A stretch of 64,000 nucleotides of DNA from a virus. Lineage: Duplodnaviria; Caudoviricetes. Position 1 is the stretch's first letter; every line of letters starts with the position of its first letter. A model generated the notes under the pieces. The model did not search any database. It worked only from the letters and a program-made list of their open reading frames with translations, and was not told the origin of the DNA. The DNA is taken from IMG/VR virus record IMGVR_UViG_3300010365_001248, positions 64,001 to 128,000 of that record, one strand, 5' to 3'. The translations under genes and the position numbers were made by a program. Below are positions 33,801 through 46,433 of the stretch, in pieces.

Positions 33801-36477
33801 CCCATTCTGCTTTAGCTCTATCTTTTTGATTCTAAGTAGTTTTAGCATAATCCATACCAAAACGCCATTCAGTATAATGACCTAAATTTAAAAAGTTTTT
33901 CTTTTTAAAAGCTTTAGATAATTCTTCATTAGATTCAAATAAAGCAGTTTCTGCAAAATCATAAATCTTTTCTTTATTAGCATAGGCTTTTAATTCTGCT
34001 ATAACTTTTTCTTTTTCTTCAGTTAACTGTTGTAAACGTAATTTCTAATCTTCTTTTAATTTAGCAGAATCAACGGATTTACTATTATAAATATCATCAA
34101 TATCTGCATTTAGATTCATTAGTCTATTCTATAATTCTTTAAAATGAGAAAATTGAACACCTAATGTTTTTGTATTACGTAAATTAGATAAATTAACTGC
34201 TTCAGTAAAAGCATTTCTACCGACTTCAGTCATTGCATTTAAAAAGCTTTCTTTAGATAAGTAAGCTCCATCAGCTTTTAATTGTTTAGCAGTATAATTT
34301 ATCAGATTTTTTAAACTTTCTTTTATAATATAATCTTGAGATTTTGTATAATCTCCTGTTGTTTCAAATTGTTTAGTTCTATCATTAAATTCAAAAGAAA
34401 CTGTAGAATTACCTATAGGTAATTGATCTAGAACTTTATTCATTAATTCTATTTGTTCAGGATCTTGAGCAATAGATAATATTGCATCATTAGCAGTTCC
34501 TTCAAATACACCAAATTTTTTAATAGCATCAAATCCTTGAGAGGCATGAGTAAGAGCAGCATTCATTCCTCCGCCTAGAAAACCACCTAATGCAGACATA
34601 AAATAACGTTCAACCCAGTTATCATTTTGCCACATATTAATATGATCTTCATTTTGGAATTGTCTATATAAAGTTAAAGCTTCTTTAGATAAATCAGCTA
34701 GTAATTCTTCTGAGGTTTCTTCTAGCATTTCACCTACTGCATTTCCCCAAAGAATTTTACCTAAATTAGCTACACCTTCATTAGTATAATAAGATGGTAA
34801 TAAAGTATCAAGTACTTTTCTACTTTTTTCTTGAGCAGTTTTAAATATAGAACTAAAAGCTTTTTTACCAATAAAATCTTCAGGATAAAGAGCTTTATTT
34901 TTAGTTAAAGTTTCTTTAGTTTCTTTAAAAATAGTATTTAGCATACCTTTCATCATTACACGATCGGCATGTAATTCTGGTAAAATTCTTTCACCGATTC
35001 CAGTACTTAAAAGTGCATACTCAGCTAAAGTATAACCTACAGCATATCCTAAGGCTTCATAACGAGGAATACCCATATGAATTGCTTCCCCATAAGCATC
35101 GTGAGTAGTTAAGAAAGTCATATAAGCTTTAGAAAGATTAGCACTAAATTGTGTATTTTTCTTTACTTGTTCTTCAAGAAATTTTTTTACAATATCTTTC
35201 TAAGCCATCTCAGTAGCAGAAATATATTTTGTAAAATCTTCTAAACTACTTGTTTTTAATTTACTAACTCCTTCAGCAAATTCTTTATTAAAACGTTCTT
35301 TAAAGATTAAATCAGAAGTTTTATCTATAACTTTCATAGGTTCTTTAGAAAGCATATATTCTCGTCCTAAACGGGCTTCTTTACCTAATAATAAAGGAGC
35401 TTGCTCAAATATCCAACGTTGTTCTTTTAATTGAGCAGCTACTTCTCCAATTAATCCAATAATATTCTCAAAAGAAAATATAGATTGTTGAGCTTCATCA
35501 GTTTTAGAATCACGTGCATATTGTTTTGCAAAGGCTTCTAAATTATTTAAAGTATAGCTAGTTTCATCCCCAGTAATCATTTTACCTAAAGTGCCTAGCA
35601 TTGAAGAAGTTTGCATTAAAACACTAAGACCTGCAATCCAAGGTCCTACACCAGGTATATACATTGAACCTACAAGTGCAGCAGTTTTTAAGATAGTTTT
35701 AACAGGATTTTTTGAATATTTATCATCTGCATCGAAAAAATCAATTTTATTAAGTAAACTATTATCAGGAGTTACAACATCCCAGCGATTTAATAATTCT
35801 TTACCATAAACACTACGATTTCCTAAAGTTTCATAATAATAATGACCATCTTCATCTAATTTCCTTTCTCCCTTTTCATGAATAACATTACCATTTTCAT
35901 CTTTAACTTTCTCATCATAAGTAGCTAATACTAAAGGTTCTACACCAAAAAAAGAAGGAGTATCCATCCATTCACCTGTCATAGAATCTTTAACTTTATT
36001 CATTTGAGCTAATTCTCTCACAGACCAAGGAGATTCAGCAGTATAATTCAAACGTTCAGCTAAACTTTTATTAACTAAATCAGGATTAGGGGCGGAAATA
36101 TATTTACTAGTTAGTGTTCTATCCTCACCTAATTTAGATAATTGATAAGCATTATTATCAGTAATTTTTAACCAAGCATCATTTAAATAACCATTATCTT
36201 TAAATAAATTATCTGCTTTTTTAACATCTTGTAAAATACCTAATTTTTGATACTGAGCTTCAGCAGAAGCATAAACATTATCAAATAATTTATCCTCAAA
36301 TTCTCCAGTAGTTGGATTAGTAAATTTTTCTTTAATGACCTCACTGTTTTTATAAGTATCTTTATCATAAAAAGAAGTATTATCAGTAGTCATTCCTTTA
36401 TCAACTAAGTCTACAATGGAGGCATTACCTCCATTGTCTACTAGACTTAGTAGTAAATCATATTGTTTATCTTCCAT
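27850..36477 (-). CDS. Giant virion/ejected protein with SF1 helicase domain (2875 aa, TAG=Gln)
   Basis: Track fragments share one frame. Motif I QGFPGVGKT, II FIDEIS, III GDFD(Q), V TLNES(Q)GNEAD, VI LYTSFSRAK. Hydrophobic G/A-rich helices in the N-terminal 750 aa. Confidence 0.83.
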
Positions 36478-39400
36478 TCTTTATTGTATTTTCTGAAAGT
36501 TGTACATCTGTGAGTTTATGGTCCATAATTTTACCATTAATTTCAGTAGTACTACGTGAATAATGGTGATTATTATCGCCAAAGGCATCTATTTGCATTG
36601 GAATATAAATAGCTCCTGACCAAATTTTTGATAAATCCTCAGCTTTAATTTTATTCTTAGAATCTAAACCTAAAGCTTTATTTATAGTAGTAGCCATAGA
36701 TTCTCTTAAAGTAGTTCTATCATCAGATATTTCTGTTCCTAAACCATTAGGAGTATCATAGGCATCTACCATATCAAACCAACTATCATTTGTCATCTTA
36801 AAAGCTTTTTCATCTGCTCTAGCATAACAAAATAAGAAAGGTGAAAAATTAATAATAGAATCTAAATTAATATTTAATTCTTTACAAGCTAATTGAATCT
36901 ATCCTAAACTTTCAGGAGTAAAATTAGCTTTTATATTATTAAAGGCTTCAGCTGTTACTTTTTGATTATTTCTAGTAGTAATACCAGCTCCATTTAAATA
37001 TTTAATAAGTTTATTTAATTGTTCATAAGCCTAGAAATTAGGAGTACCATCTGCATTAGTTGGTAAATTAGCTTGATAAAAATAATTATTAGTTAAAACA
37101 ACTTTATTCCAATCATCAATTTCTTTACCTAAGAAAGTAGCTCTAGAAGTGTCACCAAAACTTTTAATATCAGATTTATTTAATAGTTGACTACCTGTTA
37201 ATGGCTATTCTCCACTAACTTTTTTACCTTCAATAGTTAAAGTGCCTTCATGTACTTTATGAACACTACTAACATTACCTGCAGTATGTTCAAGATCAGG
37301 TCCTCCAATCATAACATTCATAACTTTATCTTGACCAGATAAGTGCATAATATCACGTTGCATAGGAGTAATATCAGTTTCTTCTAATTTACGTTGGGCA
37401 TCTTTTGCAGCTTTTTCATGATCCTAAAGTTGAGTAAATTCAGTTTCACTAATTTCATTAATTCTTTGAGGAGCTAATAATTCAATTATATAAGTAGATA
37501 AATCAACTCCTGATTCTTTAGCTTTTAAAGCAGCTAAAACCTATTCTTGAGTAGTCATACTTCTATATAAAGAATTTAAAGCATAACTTAATTGCTCATA
37601 ATTATTTTTATTTTCTTGTTTTAATTTATATAAACCTTCACCTATAGTATATTTATTTGTATTTACGTCAGTTAAAAGTTGATTTAAAATACTACCTGTT
37701 CCTGAAACAATTTGACCATCTTCAACTCTACCTATAGCATGAGCTATAACTTGATTATGTCCTAATTTTTCTGTTAAAGCTTTAACTTTATCTAATAAAG
37801 ATTTAACACTAATTCCATTATTAATATCAGTAATAATATTGCTATTAAATGAGGCAGACATATCTCTATTTCTAGTATCAAGTGCCTCGCCATAAGTTAC
37901 TATTCTATTACCTTCTACTTCATTTAAATAAACTTTTTTATAGTTTCCTTCAGGATCTTGTACCATAATTTTACCTAAAGAATCAATATAAGCTTCGCCC
38001 ATACCTTCTATAGTTTGAATGTGTTTAAGTGACTCATCATAAGCTTTTTTATGATCTTCAGCCTATTTAATTTTACTTTGAATAGCTAAAGCTTGAGCTT
38101 CTATATTAGCTGTATTACCTAATTCAAGACCAGAAAGTAATCTACCTATAGCACCTTCAATTAATTTTCTATCATTATCTAGGGCACTAGAAGTTTTTAA
38201 AAGTTCTAATAATTTACTCGATCCTGCTGAGTCGTCTTTTTTTTTATTTCCTGAAGCAGCTCCTGTAAACCAAATAGGTGGTTGAATAGTTTCACTTGGA
38301 GTTCGTACTGGGGTAAATTCAGTAGTAACAATACCTCCACCAAACTAATATTTACTAGCTCTATAAAGTCTTTTAATGGCATTTATAGTAGTTCTCTAAA
38401 ATCTATCATTATCTTTATTTATTGTTTTAGAAAAACGATCCTCATCTTTCTAACGTTTCTTTAAAGTTTCTTTTTGTAAAGAAGTACCATCTTTAGCATA
38501 AGCTGGTTTAATAATAGGATTAGTTTGTGGTTTAGGTTTATTTATATTAACTCCTTTAGATTCATAATAATCTAGGTGCCCCTATTGTATACCATTTTTA
38601 ATAATATCAATAACTACTGCTTGTTCTTCAGGTGTTGCTGTTTGACACCAAGCTTGGAATTGACTAGGAGCATATAAATAATTATGAGCCTAAACAACTA
38701 AATTTGCAGGTAAATCTGGATGACTTTTAATATAAGAATTAATACCATTTTGACTTGCAAATTCTTGCTCATACATATCCTAAAGAGCCTCACGTCTATT
38801 TTTGAATTTCTACCAATCAGTTTGCCAAACTTTACGTCCATTATCAAGAATATTAGTAATACTTGCATTACGTAATTGTTTGTTCATCAATTGATTCATT
38901 CTAGATTTAGCTATAGCTAATCTGTTTTCCATAGCTACATCATGACGTATATTTTTATTTTCTTTTTCTTGCTACCAAGCTATTTCAGAAGTTTGTTGTC
39001 TTTTAGCATTATCAGCTGCATTTCCTTGTGTTATAGCATCATTAGCAGCAATCTACGATTGTAATTGAGCTGCATGTGTTTGAGCCATATCACTAGATAT
39101 AGGTTTAGAAGCAGCATTTAATAAATTACCTGCATTCTATTCTCCCTATACTTTAGATAAATAATCTCCATAAATAGCATGATGATGTTCAACAGGATCT
39201 TTTAATATAGGTTTTTCGGCTTCTTGAGCTAATTTATAATTTCTTAAAGTATTACCTATATTTAATCCCATACCTGCCATATCATATAAATGATCCCAAT
39301 CTAACCAAAATTTATTTTGTTTAGTATCCTCTTCAGGAGGAGGAATTAAAGCAGGATTTTTAGCTGGATAATTTTCAGACCATTCAGTCCAATTAAATTT

Positions 39401-39934
39401 ACTAGAACCAGGAGTTATAGAACCAGGAGTTATAGAACCAGGGGTTATAGAACCAGGGGTTATAGAACCAGGAGTTATAGAACCAGGAGTTACACTAGTT
39501 GGAGTAATAGTTGTTTTAGTTTGAGCTGGTGTAACAGTTTCTCCTGATACAATTCCTTTATTTTTTATATTAGCATCTGTCTAATCATAAATTTTTTGAA
39601 TATCCTATTTTGTAGGATTTCCCTAATTTGTTTGATTATTATCTACTTTTTTATAAGCTATATTATTAAATTTATTTAAATAAGCATTATAATAATTAGT
39701 AGAATCTCCTTTTAATTGGAAAGGTTTTTGAGACAATAATTTCCAAGAAGGATCAATAGCTCCAGTTTGTATATAAGGAGTATTTTGAGTAGTAGCAAAG
39801 GGGTTAAATTTTACCCCATTACTATTAGTCCACTCAACTTCTCTTTGTAACTATTGAATATCTTGATATTGACCTGTTTTCCAAAAATCGTCCCAATTAT
39901 TATATGTAATATTACTGACTTTAAATGGAACCAT
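36467..39934 (-). CDS. Putative virion cargo/ejection protein (1155 aa, TAG=Gln)
   Basis: ATG 39934 (MVPFKVSN) to TAA 36467, with no TAA/TGA in the scanned portions. A/Q-rich helical region and TPGS repeats. Confidence 0.75.
39403..39492. repeat. Coding tandem repeat, 6 x 15 bp, encoding (V/I)TPGS
   Basis: Unit tagaaccaggRgtta, six copies, in frame. Confidence 0.95.
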
Positions 39935-42900
39935 ATTTATTTATAAATTTTTTATATATATCAAAATCTATTTTTCCTCCTGTTTTCTTTAAATTTATTT
40001 TTAAAGCTTCTGTTAACTCTTCTGGAGTATATTGTTTAACATTAGGAATATTTTCAATTTTATAATTTTTTCCATTTATAAATAAATTAGTAGAATAGTC
40101 TAACTATTTAATTTTAGAAGAATTATTTGAAAAAGATTTCTTTAAATCTTCTATAGTTTTTTGTAATGCCTCTCTATATTCTGTAGATGCTTCTTTAATA
40201 CTTTTTGTAAGTTCTTGATTATTATTAGGAATTTTAGTATTTGTAGAATTATAAGCTTTTCTTAACTTCTCTAAATACTATTTTGCTTCATCATGATTAT
40301 AAAGTTTTCCGTTAATTTCAATATTGGCATTTCTATGAGTTACATTATTTGGATCAGCACTATCAAAAGATTTTTTTAAATCATCTCTTTGTGCATCATA
40401 ATCTCTCTATAATTTTTCCTACTAATTAGAAAGATATTTTTCATTTCTTGAATTAATATCTTTAGCTAATGTTTCTCTATTTATAGGACTAGTAGATTTA
40501 GATCCATTTTTATTTGCATTAAAAGATGTAACTGGGCGATCCCTACGTACTGCACTAAATACTCGTTTAATATTAGGTGTAAAATTTTCTGCATCAATAG
40601 TAGGTAAATTACTAAGCTTATTCTATATAGCGGAAAGCCAAGAATCATAATCATTAAAATATATAACTGATTCCCCTTTTTCATTTAAAACTTTATTCCC
40701 CTTATTATCAACTTTTGGTTTACCTACAATATTATGATCTACAATAACATCACTTTCAGTACCAAATATTTTTTTAGGAGCTTTACCTTCAATATAAAGT
40801 TCATTAGTATTTAAATTCTCTTTTACTGGTCTTAAAGGATTATTAGTTGTTTTAAACCATTCTGTTGGTTTCCATCCTGGAGTCCAATTAGGATCATTTA
40901 CTACTTTAAAAGAATTGCTTCCAAACATATTTTCTAAAATGTCATTCTATTCTTTTAAAGATTTAGCATTCTTTAATGCTGTAGCATCATTTCCTTCAAC
41001 CACAAGATGCTAAATATTTCCTTCAGCATTTTGAACTTTAACTCCTACTTTATTAGTAGATTCTGTCCAATTATTTTTAGAAAGTTGACGTTTAACTACA
41101 GATTTACCAGCTGATGTTAAACCTGCAATTTGAGTTAAAGCATTTAGCATGTGACGCATATCTTCAGTAGAAATAGGTTCATCGGTAAATAATTTTTTAA
41201 AAGAAGATGCCTCATTATATAATCCATAACTATTTAAAGCTAATAAGATAGGACCTGCATATTTTCCTAAAGTAGCAACTGCTTTAGCTACTTTAGTTGC
41301 TGCTCCTATTTCTGGAATTAAAGCTAGAGCATCAGTACCTAAATTTAAACCAGTATTATAAAAAGCTTCTTTTAATGTAACTGCTGGATCAGTAAAATCA
41401 GCTATAGCATTTACAGTAGTACCAGCTAATCCAGTTGCTGCTGCTAAAGGAACACCTGCTCCAGTAACATTCAGAACTGCTGAAGCTAAATCCGCTACTG
41501 CTGCTCCTAGTCTAGTAGAGTCTTGCCAAGTAAAACCTGCATCAGAATGATTAACACTCCAATTATCCTTATCTATAGGTCTACTTTTTGCATAAGCAGT
41601 TTTATAATCATATTTTTCAGGAAAAAAGAAAGCATCTTTAGATTTTTGATTATGATAATTATGAATTTGATAATTATAATCAATATCTTTAATAGGGGCA
41701 TCTACTGTTCCTCCTAATTGCTTTTTAACTATTGATTTAATTGTATTTATACTGTCAGCATAATCAATATAGTTCTAGGTAGAATCAAATTTATAATTAT
41801 TTAAAGTTTTTAATATTAAATTAATAGTATTTATATCCCAATTAGTATCTTTTGTTAAATCATCAATAATAGTTCCTAAAGATTTAGAAACATATTTTAA
41901 TTTATTTGTTTTAGGATTAACCTCAACTGTCCATAAATATTGACTATTTGGATTATCTTTACTTAATTGCCCAGGTAATACAAAATAAGAAGGTTTAGTA
42001 ATATCTGGAGTAATTTTAAAAATATTTTCATTTATATCATATTTTTCATAAGGTAATAAATTATAATTACCTAAAGACAAACGTAATTTAACTAAATCAT
42101 TAAATCCTGAATATTCATATTTCCATAAATTTTTACCAAGAGCAGCATCTGCTTTAAATTTACTCAAAGTATCTTTATATAAAGATTTTATAGTTTCTGG
42201 AGCATCTGCTTCAAGCTCTGATGGAAATAATAATTTATAATTTTTATTATTATCATTAATACCTAATGATTTATTATAACCTATTATAAAAGGAACATAA
42301 GTTCTATTTTCACCTTTAACCCATGTAGGATTTCCTAAAGATTGTGATATATTATCATAAACAAGAGAATTTCCAATATGAGTTTTAAAGGTTTCACTAT
42401 TAGGTTTTGAATTAAAATTTGTATTTCTTATCCATTGATATAAATGTTTAAATTCAGGTTCATCCTTTTGTAATTCTGGAGCTAATTTATTATAAAGCAT
42501 TACTGGTGAAGATTCCATTAAAAATTCGTTTTCTCCTTTATAATAAGGATTTTCAATTTTAGATTGTTTATCATCTTTTTTATCTTCAGTCGAAGTCTTG
42601 TCTTCTGTACCTGTTGAATCTCCACTAGAACTACCTTCAGAACTACCTTCAGAACCTTGAGTAGAACCTTCTTTTTTAGGAGCTTCCTATTTTACAAATT
42701 TATACCCTGGTGTGGTAGTAGGCTATTTAGCAGTCTCTGATTCAGGTAAATTATTATAAACCCACTTCATATAATAGTGAGCTATATCATCTAAATTCTA
42801 GGTAATGATTTCATCTTTACCTTTTTTCTTATTACGAATATTATAAATTGTCTGCCCAGTAGAACCTACTCCTTGTACATAAGGGACATTTCCAGCATCA

Positions 42901-43079
42901 TCTATATTAAAATTAGGAGTATTAACTTGATTAATATTTACATCAATTCTAGAAGCTAAATTTTGTATAGAATCAGCAGGTAATCCAAAATTCTTTTGAG
43001 CATAAATTAGAAAAGTGTCTTTATTTTGCCTAAGGGCTTTTGTATATAAATCTTTCTATTCTCTATTTAATTGATCCAT
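39921..43079 (-). CDS. Putative virion cargo/ejection protein with hydrophobic G/A-rich helices (1052 aa, TAG=Gln)
   Basis: ATG 43079 (MDQLNREQ) to TAA 39921. S/G/E linker and RLGAAVADLASAVLNVTGAGVPLAAATGLAG...LALIPEIGAA segment. Confidence 0.75.
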
Positions 43080-43084
43080 ATTAT

Positions 43085-43120
43085 AAAAAATAAAGGGTCC
43101 ATAATAAAATTATGAACCCT
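43085..43120 (-). terminator. Intrinsic terminator downstream of the 96-aa Q/A-rich gene
   Basis: Hairpin agggtccataat-aaa-attatgaaccct with an A-run on + (U-tract on -). Confidence 0.7.
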
Positions 43121-43126
43121 AGTTAA

Positions 43127-43417
43127 TTAATAATTCTGAAAATAAGCTTGACCATTTTTAAGTGTACCGGCTTTTCTAACAAGTGTACCGCCATTTCTCA
43201 TAGCAGGAGCTTCAGCTGCACCACCTTGAAGCATTTCCATGATCATTTGTGCCAATGCCATTGCAGCATCTGGTCCAAGGGCTTCAATAATTTGTTGAGC
43301 CATTTGTTGTAGCTGAGCCATAGGATCTTCAGCAGCTCCTTGAGGTGCACCAGCTTCTACAGGTTGAGTAGCTTCAGGAGCCATCTCACCACCTTCTTGA
43401 AATTTCTTAAGTTTCAT
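43127..43417 (-). CDS. Small Q/A/M-rich putative virion protein (96 aa, no TAG)
   Basis: MKLKKFQEGG...MRNGGTL; clean ORF followed by its own terminator. Confidence 0.8.
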   Translation of the reverse strand: MKLKKFQEGGEMAPEATQPVEAGAPQGAAEDPMAQLQQMAQQIIEALGPDAAMALAQMIMEMLQGGAAEAPAMRNGGTLVRKAGTLKNGQAYFQNY

Positions 43418-43517
43418 TTTAATATATATTATAAGTTAATTTATCTACATGAGTAGAATATAAAATCTATGTTGAAAACTAGACAATAGTTATAATTAAA
43501 GTTATTATAAAACAATA

Positions 43518-44102
43518 TTATTTTGGCAATTCTACATATTGTTTTTCTCTGTGATCCTGAGCATAAAGTTCTTTAAATAAAGCTTTACCTAATTTTTTAC
43601 ATATTTTATTATAATTTTCAGGATCATCTGAATATTCATTTGCCAATTTAGCTAATCGAATAAATTTTAAAGTAGATTTTCTACTAAATATTCTTTCACC
43701 TCCTTTAAGTAACATTTGAGTAGATCCATCAGATCCTATAACTTTCATAGTATAATCTTGTAAATCATCAAAATCTACTTCATCTCCTACATTAATTCCT
43801 GAATTAGCATTTACTTCTAATAAATATTTACAATTAGAAAAAGGAATTAAAGTTTCACTTTCAGGAGACGCTGTATAAACTGAGGTTACTGTTTCAGCTT
43901 TATTTATAGCTATTTGATCTAAAGGAATTTTAGTATCTTTCATCCAAAATTTATAAGTTCCCTATTTATCAAATATAAAAAGCATCCCTTCATCAGGGGG
44001 TAAATAATCTATATTTTGTAATCCTTGTTTACGTTCTTCTTCAGTTTCTGCTACTTGGCAAATATAAACTTTATCATTTATAGTAATTTTTACCTTATTC
44101 AT
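43518..44102 (-). CDS. DUF192 domain protein (194 aa, one TAG at 43962-43964)
   Basis: VAETEEERKQGL...PDEGMLFIF...FWMKDTKIPLD...YLLEVNA is the DUF192 signature. Confidence 0.85.
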
Positions 44103-44932
44103 GAAAACATTTTATTAGATTTATTAATACTAAATTGAGTTTGTAATTTACTTACATAAGCAGGGTCTATAGCGTAAAATCTACGTTTCTTATTATTTCC
44201 CTATAATTTTTGAGCAAATGTAACAATATCATCATCTTCTTTTACTCCATAAAGATTTTTAACTAATTTAGTTGTATCTTGTATATATTCCTTCATATTT
44301 TTATATACTCGGAATTCAGGGTGAATTAGATTATTATTTTTATCCCTATCATTTCCTTTATGAGTAGGACCTTTCCAACGTCCTTTAGTTATATTACCAA
44401 AATTATAAGCAGCTTGATTAGCAGAACCATATTTAGATTCTACGGCATCTTTAGTAATTAAATTTTTAATAAAATTATCAGATAATCCTAATTCACGTCC
44501 AGCTTTAAAATAATCTTGAACCCATAAAAAAGGTTTACCTTTATATTTATTTCTTTGTGAATGATTGTTATGAGGTAAATAACCGTCAAGGGTATTTGAT
44601 TCATCTATATAAGCAACTTGATGATAATTTGAATCATATTCATCTTCTTCAGAAGAATTCTCAGATTGCTATTGATCCTAAGTTTTAGGTGTTTCAGTTT
44701 GATTATCAGGAGTTTCCTCATTAGCTTTAGACGCAGCATTTTGAACTTTTTCTTTTACATAGTCAGAAATACTTAAATAATCAGGATCTTTTATTTTCCA
44801 ATTAGGTAAAGGTAGATCCTCATTATATTCACGGACTGCTTGAAAAGGATTTGAGGCTTGTGCCATTGTAGTAGTAATAAGATGAGATTGTCCCTCCCCA
44901 TTTAAATATTCTTGATGATTATTATTGAGCAT
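44099..44932 (-). CDS. GH73-like glucosaminidase / peptidoglycan hydrolase (277 aa, TAG=Gln)
   Basis: AVESKYG (catalytic Glu 44438-44440), YNFGNI, FRVYKN and YAIDPAYVSKL, comparable to the FlgJ/GH73 YATDPxY motif. TAGs at 44678, 44669 and 44201. Stop TGA 44099. Confidence 0.78.
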
Positions 44933-46433
44933 TGTTTAATACTAATTTAGTTCCTTCTTTTGCTACTTCGATAAGTCCCGTATTATCTTGTGTATTTGCA
45001 AGTATTTGATATACTAATTCTTTACCTACATTTAAAGCAATTTCATCTTGTTCTTTACCTTTAGCTTCATAAAATTTATGATAGTTTTCTTCTAAAAACT
45101 AGGAAACTTCTAAACTAAAAATAATTTCATTTAATTCTATTTCAGCTTGTTGATTTCCTTCATCATCTATAACAGGAATACCTTTTTTAGTAATAGAAGA
45201 ATCATCAAATCCAGTTTCTTTTAAATTATGTTTATTTTTATGTAAAGCTCCTTCAGGTATAACATTTTGATCCGATTCAATATTATTAGGAGATTCTAGT
45301 TTACCTCCTTCTTTTAAATAAGTAGTTAAAAAATCATCAAATGATTCAATTTCTTTATAATTTTCAAGAAAATCATCAAATGATTCTATTTCTAGTTTAC
45401 CTCCTTCTTTAGCTGATAATCTAGAATATCTAGGATCATATCCTCCATTTAACATTACTGTATTATGAATATGATTAATATCAGACATAGATTCAGCAGC
45501 ATTTTTTAAATCATCATTTTCATTAGCAATCTAAGCCATAATAGTTTGTTGACGATTTGCTTCATTAATTTTAGCATTATCTCTATTACGAGCACGCCTA
45601 CCACCTAAACCTAAAAATCCATGTCTTAATCCAGAAAGTTGAGACGCTTCATTAGCTGCTGCTAAAGTAGAACCATAAGAACCTCCTACTTTTTCAAAAG
45701 TATAATCATCTTTCTAAAAAGTTTTATTATAAGGACCTACACCTGCATAATCCATAATAGAATCAGCTAAATTAATACTCTTTAGTATAGGAGCTGCTGC
45801 ATTTGCAGGAGGGGGTAATTGAGAAGCTAATTCAGCTCCAGCTGCAATACCTCCCCTCATCATAGTAGTTCCTTTAGAATCATTCTAATTAGATCCTAAA
45901 GCATACATTCCCATCTAAGCTAAACCTAAACCTATATTAACATTTTGTAGCCAATTTTGTTGTTTAGTTTTATCAATAGGTTTTAAATTACTGAATCCTC
46001 CATTTCCTTTACTAAAAATAATTTGTTCACCAGGTGATTGATTATTATCTCCAGGTAATTTATTATCATCATAAAATGAGGGATCTCTTAAAGTATCTTC
46101 TTCGTTTTCTAAAGATTTATCTAATTCTCCTGATTTTTGGAGCTAATTTAAATGTTGTTGCTCTGGAGATTCTTCATTATAAATTTTATACTAATTTTTA
46201 ATTGTCTCATCAAAATTCTAATCCTATAAATAATTCTAGTTCTAATTAATTTCAAATAAGGGATCATTTATAAAATCAGTTTGAATATTATCTATTAATT
46301 TTTGTTTATTTCTATTTCTAGATAAAGCTTGAACAACTAAATCAGTAGTAGGATATTTATTATCAGGAAAGGAGAATCCTCCTTGCCCTTTTAATACTTC
46401 TTTTTTTATTTTCTAAAATCTAATATTACGCAT
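44922..46433 (-). CDS. Putative virion cargo protein (503 aa, TAG=Gln)
   Basis: ATG 46433 (MRNIRFQK) to TAA 44922. NVIPEGALH...KGIPV...QQAEIE domain, internal EIESFDDFL duplication, several KxGG motifs. Confidence 0.72.

Noticed and set aside
43418-43517. Suppressor tRNA or a defined late promoter in intergenic gaps
   Set aside because: No cloverleaf, T-loop consensus or convincing repeated promoter motif could be identified by eye. tRNAscan-SE and motif discovery are needed.
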